DNA from: Candidatus Woesearchaeota archaeon
GTDB lineage: Archaea > Nanobdellota > Nanobdellia > SCGC-AAA011-G17 > ARS1403
DNA length: 64,000 bases
Reading direction: 5' to 3'
NCBI GenBank assembly: GCA_016188065.1
Contig: JACPIN010000005.1
Location: forward strand, 13,646 to 77,645
The translations under genes and the position numbers were made by a program. Positions 29,709 through 40,128 of this stretch are shown piece after piece (the stretch's first letter is position 1; each line of letters starts with the position of its first letter). Below the pieces are notes generated by a model. It searched no databases, was not told where the DNA came from, and worked only from the letters and a program-made list of their open reading frames with translations.

Positions 29709-30155
29709 ATGCCAGCAGATATTATTATCCTTTTATACATCCTTGGAATTTTTGCTGCGATTGCTTTTTGGGAGGCTTATATTGAGGGGAAAAATGGGTG
29801 GGCTGCAAATCAAGTTGGCTGGAGGATTAATTTCAAAGTTGGTTTTCTGAAAAGGCCATTGGATGCATATCACTTTTGGAGCTGGCTTGTGATGATTCCT
29901 GCTTTCTTGATGCTTCCGTTTTTGATGTTTGGATTTGACAGGCATTTATTCTGGCTAGTTATAATTGGCCTCTTGCTCGGAACTGTTTTAGAAGATTTTT
30001 TATGGTTTGTTGTGAATCCCAAATTTCCTTTAAGTGATTTTAACCCCAAGAAAGTTTGGTGGCATTACTGGATTGGATTTGGAAGATTTAAAGTACCTGA
30101 GATTTACGTTGTTTATCCTGTTGTTGCTTTGCTGATAGGAATTTTTCTATTATAG
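29709..30155 (+). CDS. Small Trp-rich membrane protein (hypothetical)
   Basis: 148 aa, 4 TM. Confidence 0.3.
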   Translation: MPADIIILLYILGIFAAIAFWEAYIEGKNGWAANQVGWRINFKVGFLKRPLDAYHFWSWLVMIPAFLMLPFLMFGFDRHLFWLVIIGLLLGTVLEDFLWFVVNPKFPLSDFNPKKVWWHYWIGFGRFKVPEIYVVYPVVALLIGIFLL

Positions 30156-31212
30156 ATGCTGCCTGCTCTGCTCCATTAGTTTCAATATTTAATTTATCAA
30201 AATTCTTTTCCAAATCTGGCATTATGGTTATGAACTCCTCAATTATCGACGATAACTGCTGCTTTATCAAGTTTTTTTTCCTTTCAACTAATGAAATCCT
30301 GCTCTTTTCTGCGAAATGCGCGTTTAATTCCTGCTCGATAAAATTAGGTATTGGAAATATCAATGAAGGCTTCTTTAAGGCGATGCATTCTGAAAGCGTT
30401 GAGTGGCCTGCTTGGGTTATTATCCCCTTTGAGGCTTTTAAATACTCCAAAAAATTTTCCTTGAACTGGAGGAAGGTTATATTTCCTTTTGATTCTCCTG
30501 AAATCCCGTATGTAAAAATTATAAATTCCTCTTTTATTTCCGGCAAGATCTCCTGAAGGTTATAGAGAAGCTCTGTTGAAAAATGAGACCCTCCAAACAT
30601 TATAATTATCGGCGGCTTTTCTAGCTTCAATTTTTCCATGAGTTCATGCTTAGACGCCTTCGGCAGCTTCCTTAATACGGGATTTACAAAATTGTAGCCT
30701 CCTGTTAAATGTTCCTCAAAAGTTGGAATTATAATCGGTGTGTTTGATTTTCTTGCTTTGTTGTAAATTAACGAGATGTACTTGTACTGCGCCCAGTATC
30801 TTCTCTTCTTTGACTTAACATATTCCTTGTATTGCAATGGATCGAAGTTAAAAATTACAAAGTGCTGCTTTTTTTTATTCATGTAGAGCGGGAGAGGCTC
30901 AAAATCGCAGATTATAGCGTCGGGATTGAATACTTTAAACAGCCTTCTTAATTTAAAATAATTTTTAAGGCAGAGTATTGGAAGCTTTAGGTTCATAAAA
31001 ATGGTCTTCATCGTCGAGAATCTTGAATCTTTTTCTGGAAATTTCGGACCATCGATTTTTAACGTGGTATATGTGTGCTCGAAATACTCTAATGCATTGC
31101 CATAAGAAGCTACAACGATCTCAGCTCCTTTCTTTTCCAATTCAGACAGGATTGCTGCCTGCCTGATCGCATGGCCATAACCTATTCCAGTTATAACTGA
31201 AACAACTTTCAT
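30088..31212 (-). CDS. GT-B fold glycosyltransferase (GT1/GT28-like)
   Basis: 374 aa; N-terminal VITGIGYGHAIRQAAILSEL resembling the GxGxGH motif of the MurG/MGT families; C-terminal nucleotide-sugar-binding half. Confidence 0.5.
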   Translation of the reverse strand: MKVVSVITGIGYGHAIRQAAILSELEKKGAEIVVASYGNALEYFEHTYTTLKIDGPKFPEKDSRFSTMKTIFMNLKLPILCLKNYFKLRRLFKVFNPDAIICDFEPLPLYMNKKKQHFVIFNFDPLQYKEYVKSKKRRYWAQYKYISLIYNKARKSNTPIIIPTFEEHLTGGYNFVNPVLRKLPKASKHELMEKLKLEKPPIIIMFGGSHFSTELLYNLQEILPEIKEEFIIFTYGISGESKGNITFLQFKENFLEYLKASKGIITQAGHSTLSECIALKKPSLIFPIPNFIEQELNAHFAEKSRISLVERKKNLIKQQLSSIIEEFITIMPDLEKNFDKLNIETNGAEQAASIIEKFLSAKQQQDKQRKSQVL

Positions 31213-31850
31213 TATCTTACCTTCTCAAATTTTTCTGCATACCTGCATTTGTTCTTTATGCCATAATATCTTGCTCTAAATATTACCGGGAGAAACTGCA
31301 GATAAATTGAAAACCATTGGCTTCTGTGCTGTTTTAGTATTTTCATTTTTTTCCAGAAATAATTTGAAATGTCAACATATATTATTGGCCTTTGCGCCAG
31401 CCTTGGCCTTGTCCAAATGCTAAAAGCATAAACCGGATATTTTTTCTTAAGTGAGTCTGCTACTGCCAATACTGCCTCGTTTACAGCCCTATGGTCTGGA
31501 TGCGTTTCTGAATCGGAGACTGTAATAATTTTTTCCGGCTTGTGCATTTCTATTAATTCTTTTATCTTGCCTCTTATGTTTTTCTCCTCTATCTCTTCCT
31601 TAATGCTCATGTCCTTTAAATCAAAATAGATTAGTTTCTTTAGTCCTATTTTTTTTGCTACCTTTTCAGTTTCTTTTTCCCTTATATCTTTAATAACTTC
31701 TTCTTTAAAATGGGGATGCGACATCGCTCCCTTTGAGAAAACTACCTGAATGACTGACTTGCCCTCGTCGATTAGTTTCAGGGCAAAGCCCAGCCCCCCG
31801 ATAGTGAGATCGTCGTCGTGCGGACAGAAAAATATCACATTTTTTGTCAT
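31212..31850 (-). CDS. PIG-L/LmbE-family N-acetylglucosaminyl deacetylase
   Basis: 212 aa; FFCPHDDDLTIGG (HPDDE-type zinc site) and HPDHRAV. Confidence 0.8.
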   Translation of the reverse strand: MTKNVIFFCPHDDDLTIGGLGFALKLIDEGKSVIQVVFSKGAMSHPHFKEEVIKDIREKETEKVAKKIGLKKLIYFDLKDMSIKEEIEEKNIRGKIKELIEMHKPEKIITVSDSETHPDHRAVNEAVLAVADSLKKKYPVYAFSIWTRPRLAQRPIIYVDISNYFWKKMKILKQHRSQWFSIYLQFLPVIFRARYYGIKNKCRYAEKFEKVR

Positions 31851-31873
31851 TTTTATTTTTGGATTGTGTTGAA

Positions 31874-31989
31874 TGCGTCGGCCGGGATTCGAATTTCCGA
31901 ACCTATAAAGGCTTCCCGGATCATCGCCTTGGAAGGGCGAAATTTCAGCCCGTTTGTTTTATGACGCCTGGCCATTGAACTACCGACGC
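31874..31989 (-). tRNA. tRNA-Gly(UCC) with two predicted non-canonical introns (D-loop and T-loop)
   Basis: On the minus strand: acceptor GCGTCGG/CCGACGC; intact anticodon hairpin TCGCC-CTTCCAA-GGCGA; T stem CCGGG...CCCGG interrupted by about 21 nt before TTCGAAT; about 22 nt of extra sequence in the D loop. Exact splice boundaries are uncertain. Confidence 0.45.
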
Positions 31990-32022
31990 TCATTATGCTG
32001 GAAGAATTTTTAGTTTTTAAAA

Positions 32023-34605
32023 TTATTGTTTCTTGCTGTTTAATTTACTGAATGCATATTCTACCTGCTGCCTGCTCCACCCTCTTTCCAGCAAAGAATC
32101 AGCAATCTTCTCCTCATCGTATCCTTTATCCAGTGCTGATTTTATGTATGACCTGACTTTTGCCAACTCTACTCCTGACTTGAACGGAGATTTCTTGAAT
32201 CTTGAAGAAAGTAAATTTATCACTTCGTATAATTTTAGCTTCTGATAGAGCTTAAATTTATAAAATGCAAATCCGAGCCCTAAAATTAAAATTACTGTGA
32301 CTATAAATGGAATCCATGGAAATCCAGATACAACTACTTTTTCTTCTCTGCAATCCTCTGGGCAGGAGATAATGTCCTCTGCTGGATTGCAAACTCCATC
32401 GCCGCAGTTGAAGGGGATTAAGCTTGGAGAAAGCTCTTTTGGAATTACAACCAATACAGCATCTTTAACACTATTAATATTGTTGGAATGCAGCTTGTAG
32501 GAAAATGAAAATGAGTCTTTTAAAACTGGTATTGTGAACTTTGCACTTTGATAATCCTGCAGCCTTGTTATTTCTGGAAATGAATCTGTGAACTCAATTT
32601 TGTCTTGCGAAGATGCCAGCGAAGTTGGAATTAACTCAATTATGATTGCTTCCCTTATTTCCAGCGGAGTTGTTATAGTTTTCTTTACTAAAATAAAGCT
32701 TTCCTGCTTATTTGGATATGATAATGAAACTGCTGTTGCCGCCACTTCTTTCTGAAGCCTTGAATTTAATTCCTGCAATGTAGCCTTGTAGCTTTCTGTC
32801 TCAAGACCATATAACTTGTTAGTTTCTTCAACTGAAAGATAGGGTGTTATCGTTATTTTATTTACAGCTGTTATTGACGTCGGTATTGAATTTATGAGGT
32901 CATTAACTTCCTCTTCTGTCAATGTTGTTGACGATGACAGCGTTGAAATAGAACTATCTATTTTTTTACCTAAAGCAAGGCTTTCAAAAATCTCTTTTGT
33001 TGCCGGCATGGATAATTTATCTTTAATTGACTGCAGCCTTGAGATTGCTTCCTGAACTAACTCTGTTTTTGCCTTCTCTGAAAATATTTCTACCTGCAGC
33101 GTTTTTTCATCTGATATTCCATTTTCGTCTGTGACTATTAATTTAACTAAATAAACTTTTGGAAGTAGATATGAATGCGTTGTTGTCTTTGCATTAGCTG
33201 TAGTGTTGTCGCCAAAATCCCAGCTGTATGCCAGTTTGGAATCTGATTTTGAGCTTGATGCGTCGAATGTTATTGGCGTCAGCGTTGGTGCAAATTGCTG
33301 TGATATGTTAAAACCTGCTGCTGGCGCTGAGACTACTTGTATGTTTGCAGTTGCTGCTTCAGCCCCATACTCGACTTTTAATGTATAATTTCCAAGGTTT
33401 TTAGGAGCAAAAAGATCAAATTTTGAAACGGGAATTACTGCTTTTGATGATAGTTTATAATATGGCTTTTCTCCTTGTGAGTTCACTCCCAGCAAAAACT
33501 TATTTCTATTATAGGATTGCCCATCTTCAAGAGTTTCTGTGTAAGACAAATCATGGATCTTTACATTGTTTCCATTTTTAGCTGTCACATTAATTGGGAT
33601 TATACAGAAATCATCTTGATATGTACATGCCTGCAGGAAATTTGCGATTGCGTCTTTGAAATATTTTTCTTGAATTGTGTTTGATTCGAAATATTCCAGA
33701 GATTCTTGCAGCGTTGTTATGAAATTTGAAGATTTTGCCTTTATTGCATAATCTGTGTTTTGTATTTTGCTGCATGACGAAGCTGTGCATCTATATCCTT
33801 GTGAGTTAGATACAGAGTCATTTACAGCTAAAACAATTCCTGCTGAAGGCGCTGTCAGGCATATTTTATAATCTCCTTCATTAATTGGAGCAGAAGTTGA
33901 AATCGTACATTCTATTTCGGTAAATGTTTGCTGCAAAGAACTGCATGATTGCAGATTTGTTTCTATTCCTTGTATATATATTCCTAAACTTGGTGGGGCG
34001 GTTATTGATTTTTTTATTGCTGAGCTAATTCTGAATGTGTCTGATTTGTTCAAAAATATTTGCTGGCAGGTTCCTGTAGAATCCAAATTCAATTCTGTTG
34101 CATCGGCTGCATTAATTTCTGCTCCTTTATATTGATTCACATTCCAATCGATAACTGCCGGTGATTTTCCCTGGAATTCCCAGTCTATTATCCCATCATT
34201 GCCTACATCCACTCTTGGAGTGTCTGGATAATTTGCATCCGAATTTGATATATTGAATTTTGCATCAATGCCAATTGTCGAACCTTTTTTTATCCTGATT
34301 CCCGTTAGAAAGTTTGACGAGTTTATTTCTGTTGCTGTTGCTCCTGTGTAAACAAAATACTCTGAAGACTTTTCCTCGCATCCAGATGTGCAATTTATTA
34401 CTTGCTGTATCTGCTTTTCTTTTGAAACTGAATTTATTGAAACCTTTATTGTAGAATCTTTGCTGTAAGCCCCTTCCTGCAAGATAAGATTTCCCGATAA
34501 TTGCTTTTCCTTTCCTGCTTTTGACTCGTTGAAATCAAATGAAACAGCCATAGCCGTGCTTGCAAAAGCTATTAAGACAATCAAAAAGACTAGTTTCTTT
34601 AGCAT
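32023..34605 (-). CDS. Large secreted cell-surface protein with PKD domain and C-terminal TM anchor
   Basis: 860 aa; signal peptide; PKD-like segment (PITFDASSSKSDSKLAYSWDFGDNTTANAKTTTHSYLLPKVYLVKLIVTDENG); C-terminal TM (IPFIVTVILILGLGFAFY) plus cytoplasmic tail. Confidence 0.55.
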   Translation of the reverse strand: MLKKLVFLIVLIAFASTAMAVSFDFNESKAGKEKQLSGNLILQEGAYSKDSTIKVSINSVSKEKQIQQVINCTSGCEEKSSEYFVYTGATATEINSSNFLTGIRIKKGSTIGIDAKFNISNSDANYPDTPRVDVGNDGIIDWEFQGKSPAVIDWNVNQYKGAEINAADATELNLDSTGTCQQIFLNKSDTFRISSAIKKSITAPPSLGIYIQGIETNLQSCSSLQQTFTEIECTISTSAPINEGDYKICLTAPSAGIVLAVNDSVSNSQGYRCTASSCSKIQNTDYAIKAKSSNFITTLQESLEYFESNTIQEKYFKDAIANFLQACTYQDDFCIIPINVTAKNGNNVKIHDLSYTETLEDGQSYNRNKFLLGVNSQGEKPYYKLSSKAVIPVSKFDLFAPKNLGNYTLKVEYGAEAATANIQVVSAPAAGFNISQQFAPTLTPITFDASSSKSDSKLAYSWDFGDNTTANAKTTTHSYLLPKVYLVKLIVTDENGISDEKTLQVEIFSEKAKTELVQEAISRLQSIKDKLSMPATKEIFESLALGKKIDSSISTLSSSTTLTEEEVNDLINSIPTSITAVNKITITPYLSVEETNKLYGLETESYKATLQELNSRLQKEVAATAVSLSYPNKQESFILVKKTITTPLEIREAIIIELIPTSLASSQDKIEFTDSFPEITRLQDYQSAKFTIPVLKDSFSFSYKLHSNNINSVKDAVLVVIPKELSPSLIPFNCGDGVCNPAEDIISCPEDCREEKVVVSGFPWIPFIVTVILILGLGFAFYKFKLYQKLKLYEVINLLSSRFKKSPFKSGVELAKVRSYIKSALDKGYDEEKIADSLLERGWSRQQVEYAFSKLNSKKQ

Positions 34606-34656
34606 TAATATCCCTCTTTATTGCTGTAGAAAATATATTTCTTTTTATATAAATAT

Positions 34657-35178
34657 TTACTTTTTGAATTCTTTTCCTTTTGCTGACGGGATGATTTGGA
34701 TTTTTGCATTGCTGAATTTCGCATTCAGTTCTTCCCCCCTTAAAATCACGTGAAGGAAAACTGCCAGTGCTGAAACTTCTGAAATCGGCTGTTGAGTAAC
34801 TGAAACATTGTAATCTGATTCTTTAAAAATTTCAGGAGGTACTTTTTCTCCTCCAACAATGACTAGAATATCTTTCTGGACTTTTATTTTTTTTAAAATG
34901 GAATTTAATGTTAAGCCATAAACAGATAAATGGATTATTAAAAATTCTTCATCCTTTTTTTCATTAATCAGCTTTACTGGATCTTCAATGTGCTCTATTT
35001 TGAAATTCCCTCCAAACTGGCTTGTTACTTTATTTATTGTTGCCTCTAAAGAAGAATCTTTATCTCCAGAATAATATATTTTTGAAGCCAAGAATGCCCT
35101 TGCTGTTAGTGCTAGATGCGTTGATAATCTTGGATCTCTTCTAATCCTATGAGATAAGCGAAGAATTTCTATTTGCAT
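34657..35178 (-). CDS. tRNA (cytidine56-2'-O)-methyltransferase aTrm56 (SPOUT)
   Basis: 173 aa; LRLSHRIRRDPRLSTHLALTARAF and VGGEKVPPEIF...TQQPISEVSALAVFL closely parallel Pyrococcus aTrm56. Confidence 0.85.
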   Translation of the reverse strand: MQIEILRLSHRIRRDPRLSTHLALTARAFLASKIYYSGDKDSSLEATINKVTSQFGGNFKIEHIEDPVKLINEKKDEEFLIIHLSVYGLTLNSILKKIKVQKDILVIVGGEKVPPEIFKESDYNVSVTQQPISEVSALAVFLHVILRGEELNAKFSNAKIQIIPSAKGKEFKK

Positions 35179-35230
35179 TTTAATTTAATAAAGGATAGTT
35201 ATTTAAATATATTTAGCAGATTTTTTTATA

Positions 35231-36124
35231 ATGAATTGGGAAGAATTTTTAGAGAAGCACTATAAGAAACTTTTTGTAGTTCCTGCAATCATGCTGATAT
35301 TTAGTCTGATTGTTGTCGGAATTTTTTTAAACAAAACTGGAGAATTGTTCTACAGAGATGTTAGCTTGAAGGGCGGGATCAGCGCAACGGTTTATGAGAA
35401 AGGCATTGATGCTGAGAAGCTTGAAAAATTTCTTGAAGATGAGCTGGGGACAGATGTGTTTGTCAGGAAGCTTGGAGACATTGCGACAGACAGCGACATC
35501 GGCGTTGTCGTCGAGATTGGCGATGAAGCCACTGGTGAATTGAAAAAACTTATAGAGGAAAATATTGGAAGAGGATTGAATGAAAAAAATTTCAGCATTG
35601 AGCAGGTTAGCAGCAGCCTCGGAGAGAGCTTCTATAACGGCCTGCTTAAGGCAGTGGTGATTTCTTTTGCATTAATGGGGCTTGTTATTTTTGTCGCCTT
35701 CAGAAGCTTTGTCCCAAGCGCTGCGGTGCTATTAAGCGCTTTTCTTGATATAGTATTTCCGCTTTCCATTATGGAGCTGGCGGGAGTAAAGATAAATGCT
35801 GCCGGCATTGCTGCTTTCCTGCTTGTCATAGGATATAGTGTAGACACAGATATACTACTAACAGTTAAAGCATTAAAAAGAAAAGAAGGCAATATTTATC
35901 AGAGGATCATTGATTCTGCAAAGACTGGCTTAACTATGACTTTAGCTACTGTCTGCGCTTTAGGTATTGCTTACTTTATCACAACCAGCTTTGTGCTGAA
36001 GCAGATGTTTATGATTATTGTGATTGCCTTGCTTGTAGACATTGTTTCAACTTATTTCATGAACTCTGGAATATTAATCTGGTATTGCAAGAAACGAGGA
36101 GAAAATGAAAAGTTTTGGGGTTAG
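35231..36124 (+). CDS. secF: Protein-export membrane protein SecF
   Basis: 297 aa; N-terminal TM; DVSLKGGIS (the LDFxGG-type motif); six C-terminal TM helices of the SecDF fold. Confidence 0.7.
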   Translation: MNWEEFLEKHYKKLFVVPAIMLIFSLIVVGIFLNKTGELFYRDVSLKGGISATVYEKGIDAEKLEKFLEDELGTDVFVRKLGDIATDSDIGVVVEIGDEATGELKKLIEENIGRGLNEKNFSIEQVSSSLGESFYNGLLKAVVISFALMGLVIFVAFRSFVPSAAVLLSAFLDIVFPLSIMELAGVKINAAGIAAFLLVIGYSVDTDILLTVKALKRKEGNIYQRIIDSAKTGLTMTLATVCALGIAYFITTSFVLKQMFMIIVIALLVDIVSTYFMNSGILIWYCKKRGENEKFWG

Positions 36125-37832
36125 GATTAACTTGCTTATATTTATGCTGATCTTGTCTTTCATAGCAATAGCTCCCAGACTTAGTGTTGACGGCGTTGAG
36201 ATAAAAAGCTTGGACGTTGTAAGCAAAAGCCAGGGGCTTGGCATCGGAGAGGTTGTAAAGAGCATTGGTGATGCAAATGTGGATAGCCCTGAGAAATTTG
36301 CTGAACTTCTGAAGGATGCCAGTTCTGTCAAGCCTGTGAAGATAAATATTGTTACTGATAAGAATAATGCAAGCTATTTTGCACAAGATGATTTATTGTT
36401 CGAGCTTGATAATTTGACTATCAAGAATTCTAAAATTGGAAACATTAGAGACGGAGAGATGCTGAAAGAGATAAATAATGTTAAGATTGAAAGCATTGAT
36501 GATTGGGAGAGGATTAGATACGAGCTACTGCCAAGCAAAATTGTGAGGATTAAAACCGACAAGAAAGAGTATGTTTTTCAAGTGAACAAGGAAATTGAAA
36601 TAAATGTAAAAGAAGTAAGCAGAAGCAATATCAGGAAAGGCTTGGACCTTGAAGGTGGAACTAGAGTTTTATTAAAGCCTGTTGGGGAGACCAAAGCAAG
36701 CGATCAAGACATTAGAAATTTAATCGATGTCATTTCTGACAGGCTTGACATTTATGGATTAGCAGACAAGAGGATAAGGGCTGCTGATGTCGGCGAGGAT
36801 AAATTAATTCTGATTGAAATTGCAGGCATATCCAAGGAACAGGTTGAAGACTTTATTGCGACACAAGGAAAGTTTGAAGCCAAAATCGGGAATGAAACTG
36901 TTTTTACCGGAGGCAATGATGTTCCATTTGTGTGCAAAGATGATGGAACCTGCTCTGGAGTCAGGAGCTGCAGTTCAGTGAGTGAAGGACAATATGGATG
37001 CAGGTTTGAGTTCAGCATTAAGCTAAGCATTGAAGCTGCCAAAAGGCATGCTGAAATAACAAAAAAATTGGACGTTGTAAGCGGAAGCGGAGTTAGCGGC
37101 GAGGGGTATTTGAGCAAACCACTTGAATTATATCTTGATAATGAGCTGATTGACAGCCTGCAAATCTCCTCCAGCTTGAAGGGCAGCGAGACGACTGATA
37201 TTCTTATTTCTGGAAGCGGGTTTGGCGAGAATCAGGATGCTGCACTGAATGATGCTTTGTTAAATATGGAAAAGCTGCAGACGGTTTTAATTACGGGAAG
37301 CCTTCCATTCCAATTAGAGATTGTAAAAATTGACAGCATCAGCCCAATATTCGGAGAGGAGTTTTTGAAGAACGCGGTCCTTTCCGGCGCTGTTGCAGTG
37401 GTTGCTGTTTTAATTGTAGTGTTTATCCGCTATAGAAATTTCAAAATTATCTTTCCTATGATGATCACTCTATTAAGCGAGATATTTATCATACTTGGAT
37501 TTGCCGGGCTATTCAAATGGAACTTGGATTTAGCTGCGATCGCGGGAATAATTGCTTCTGTCGGCACTGGAGTAGATGACCAGATAGTGATTGCAGATGA
37601 AATATTAAGAGGGAAAGAGCAGTATTTCAACTGGAAAGAAAAATTAAAACGGGCTTTCTTTATAATCCTCGTTGCTTATGCTGCTACATTTGCTGCAATG
37701 CTTCCTTTGATATGGGCTGTTGCCGGCTTATTGAGGGGATTTGCAATTGCAACCCTTGTTGGAGTTACAATTGGAGTATTTGTTACTCGCCCTGCATTTG
37801 GTGCAATGCTTGAAAAACTCATGAACAAATAA
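36105..37832 (+). CDS. secD: Protein-export membrane protein SecD
   Basis: 575 aa; large periplasmic-type domain; GLDLEGGTRVLL motif; C-terminal 6-TM SecDF domain; overlaps secF by 20 nt. Confidence 0.75.
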   Translation: MKSFGVRINLLIFMLILSFIAIAPRLSVDGVEIKSLDVVSKSQGLGIGEVVKSIGDANVDSPEKFAELLKDASSVKPVKINIVTDKNNASYFAQDDLLFELDNLTIKNSKIGNIRDGEMLKEINNVKIESIDDWERIRYELLPSKIVRIKTDKKEYVFQVNKEIEINVKEVSRSNIRKGLDLEGGTRVLLKPVGETKASDQDIRNLIDVISDRLDIYGLADKRIRAADVGEDKLILIEIAGISKEQVEDFIATQGKFEAKIGNETVFTGGNDVPFVCKDDGTCSGVRSCSSVSEGQYGCRFEFSIKLSIEAAKRHAEITKKLDVVSGSGVSGEGYLSKPLELYLDNELIDSLQISSSLKGSETTDILISGSGFGENQDAALNDALLNMEKLQTVLITGSLPFQLEIVKIDSISPIFGEEFLKNAVLSGAVAVVAVLIVVFIRYRNFKIIFPMMITLLSEIFIILGFAGLFKWNLDLAAIAGIIASVGTGVDDQIVIADEILRGKEQYFNWKEKLKRAFFIILVAYAATFAAMLPLIWAVAGLLRGFAIATLVGVTIGVFVTRPAFGAMLEKLMNK

Positions 37833-38010
37833 ATTTATAAATGATAAGAGATATATATTGAAAGAGGTGATTATTTAATGGTTGATGCTAATACAATTAT
37901 GCTTTATGTTATTGTTGGAGCAGTTTTCGGCATTGTTTACGGCTTGAGAAGGATCTATGTTATTGAGAGAAAAATAGATGCTATCGATAAAAGAATTGCA
38001 CAAGTATTGG

Positions 38011-38766
38011 TCAAGAAGAGGAAGAGATAAATTCCTTTCTTGCTTTTTCTAAGGTTTCTGGTGTGCCTATATCGAAATATTTCCCTCCAATCTTAACTCC
38101 ATAAATCGTATCTTTTTTATAAAGCCACTGTAAAAAATACCCGGGGGCATCTGGATTATTACCTTCGTTCAAATACAATTTAATTTTATTAATTGATTTT
38201 TTCTTTAGGAGATAAACTACATGCGCAATGAGTTTTGATTTTGGATTCTCTGGCTTTTCTATCAATGAAATAATTTTAGAGTCTCTGTCCAAATCTACTA
38301 CCCCATGTTTTTTTGCTTGCTCTAATGTAGGCAATTCGACTATTACTATAACATTTTCATTTTTTTCTTTGAAATAATCGTAAACCGGATTTAGGCTTGA
38401 ACTGAACAAATTATCTCCGGCGATAATAAGAACATCTGAATTAATATTTTCTGAACTCAAAACAAGATTTATATCTCCTATAGCTCCAAGCTTATCTTCT
38501 TCATGCAGTGTACCATCATTAATTATCTTTATATCTAATTTTGTTTTCAAATTATCTTTCCATCTGACAAAATGATTACAGTAGCGATTATTTGTCACGA
38601 CATAAACTTTGTTTATTTCTTTAATAGGCTCTAATTTCTCGACGATGTTTGTTATCACTGGCTTTCCTCCCACCTCCAGCAACGGCTTTGGGAAATTTTT
38701 TGTTAATGGATATAATCTAGTACTGTATCCTGCTGCCAGTAAAATTACATCTATATCCTTTTTCAT
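38011..38766 (-). CDS. Sugar-phosphate nucleotidyltransferase (NDP-sugar pyrophosphorylase)
   Basis: 251 aa; ILLAAGYSTRLYPLT (the GxGTRLxPLT signature). Confidence 0.8.
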   Translation of the reverse strand: MKKDIDVILLAAGYSTRLYPLTKNFPKPLLEVGGKPVITNIVEKLEPIKEINKVYVVTNNRYCNHFVRWKDNLKTKLDIKIINDGTLHEEDKLGAIGDINLVLSSENINSDVLIIAGDNLFSSSLNPVYDYFKEKNENVIVIVELPTLEQAKKHGVVDLDRDSKIISLIEKPENPKSKLIAHVVYLLKKKSINKIKLYLNEGNNPDAPGYFLQWLYKKDTIYGVKIGGKYFDIGTPETLEKARKEFISSSS

Positions 38767-39632
38767 CTTATTTTCAACCCTCCGTTTAAAATTAGCTGAA
38801 TTATTTTTATATTATTCTCTTCGAATACTGGCTTTAATTTATTTTCCAGATCCAGAACTATGGCTGCCCCTCCAGACCCTGTTTGATTTGCAAACCCTTT
38901 ATTTTTCAATATTAAATCCTTTACGAGCTTATCCTCTTTTGTCAACCCGAGAGTTGATTCCCTGATTTCCCAGTTGTTATTCATCAGCAACCCTAACCTT
39001 TTCCAATCCATTTTTTGGAGTGCTGCATGCGCATCTAGTGTTATCTCCCTTGTTTTTTTCATGAGAGAGATAAATTCTTCACTGCCCTTTTTCTTTCCAT
39101 TATTATGGATGTCTTTTGAAGTGTTATTTTTTCCATAATAGACTATGTACATTCCCTGAGGGATTGATGTTAGCTTTTGGCAGGTAAAATTTTTACAGTC
39201 AATCAATGAGGAGCCAAAAACTGCAACGGCCCTGTCCTGCCATCCTGCATTTATTTTTAATTCTCTTTCTATCTGCAGTGCATGCTTTGAGATATCTGTC
39301 AGGGAAAGATTCAAATTGAATCTCTTATTCAAACATGCTATTAATGAAACTAGAATTGCTGCTGACCCTCCAAGACCGCACTTGAATGGAATATCCGACG
39401 AATAATCTATTTTTAAAGGCGCAGCTATATTGAAATGCTTTAGTGCCTGATGTATAAGCTTATGAGTTGAGTCTAGATTAGTTTCAGAATTAATTATGAG
39501 CTTATTTGAATCATCTAATTTCACTATGGCTTTGTTTTTTATTGAATAAGCAAGGACTAGCGCATCTTCCAAGTAAACATCTCCTGGATTTCCTGTAACT
39601 GCTGCCCTTCCTGTCGCCTCTGCCTCTATCAT
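38763..39632 (-). CDS. GHMP-family sugar kinase
   Basis: 289 aa; PFKCGLGGSAAILVSL GHMP ATP-binding motif; coupled to the downstream NDP-sugar pyrophosphorylase, consistent with a sugar-1-kinase. Confidence 0.7.
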   Translation of the reverse strand: MIEAEATGRAAVTGNPGDVYLEDALVLAYSIKNKAIVKLDDSNKLIINSETNLDSTHKLIHQALKHFNIAAPLKIDYSSDIPFKCGLGGSAAILVSLIACLNKRFNLNLSLTDISKHALQIERELKINAGWQDRAVAVFGSSLIDCKNFTCQKLTSIPQGMYIVYYGKNNTSKDIHNNGKKKGSEEFISLMKKTREITLDAHAALQKMDWKRLGLLMNNNWEIRESTLGLTKEDKLVKDLILKNKGFANQTGSGGAAIVLDLENKLKPVFEENNIKIIQLILNGGLKIR

Positions 39633-39685
39633 CGAAAATTTTTCTTAAAGATATGTTTAAATAACTTTTCTTTAATTTTTATTTT

Positions 39686-40096
39686 ATGCAACAAGTTTAT
39701 TTACATGCTTTATTTGCTTTTGCATTAGCAGCAATATTGTATCCTTTTATCGGCAATTACAGCATTGTTGTTTTCCTGAGCGGATTTGTCTTTGACATTG
39801 ACCACTACATCTATTACGCTGCCAAAAAAAGAGATTATAATCTTATGAACGGGTATTTTTATCACGTCCCCGGAAGCAAGGTTCATGAGGAGCACAGCGA
39901 TTCACTTCATATCTTTCATACTTGGGAGATGTGGCTGCTGCTTTTTATTCTTGGTCTTTTGATACACGAGATATTTCTATTCACATTAATAGGAATTATA
40001 TTTCACATGATTTTTGACTGGGGATATTTGCTTTTCAACAGCGATGCACTAGGCGAGAGAGCTTGGTCATTAATCGGATGGATTTCAAGAAACTAA
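39686..40096 (+). CDS. Small His-rich membrane protein (possible membrane-bound metal-dependent hydrolase, DUF457-like)
   Basis: 136 aa, 4 TM; His-rich loops (HYIYY, HEEHSDSLH, FHMIFDWGY). Confidence 0.3.
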   Translation: MQQVYLHALFAFALAAILYPFIGNYSIVVFLSGFVFDIDHYIYYAAKKRDYNLMNGYFYHVPGSKVHEEHSDSLHIFHTWEMWLLLFILGLLIHEIFLFTLIGIIFHMIFDWGYLLFNSDALGERAWSLIGWISRN

Positions 40097-40097
40097 A

Positions 40098-40106
40098 TTT
40101 TATAAA
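40098..40106 (+). promoter_or_regulatory. Archaeal TATA box for tRNA-Ser
   Basis: TTTTATAAA about 27 bp upstream of the tRNA start at 40129. Confidence 0.45.
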
Positions 40107-40128
40107 GCGGGATTTCTTGTTTTCTTAT

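Noticed and set aside
31883-31907. Plus-strand T-arm-like hairpin (CGGGA-TTCGAAT-TTCCG) suggesting a plus-strand tRNA
   Set aside because: No matching acceptor or D arm on the plus strand. The minus-strand reading gives matching 7-bp acceptor halves and an intact Gly(UCC) anticodon hairpin, so I assigned a minus-strand intron-containing tRNA-Gly.
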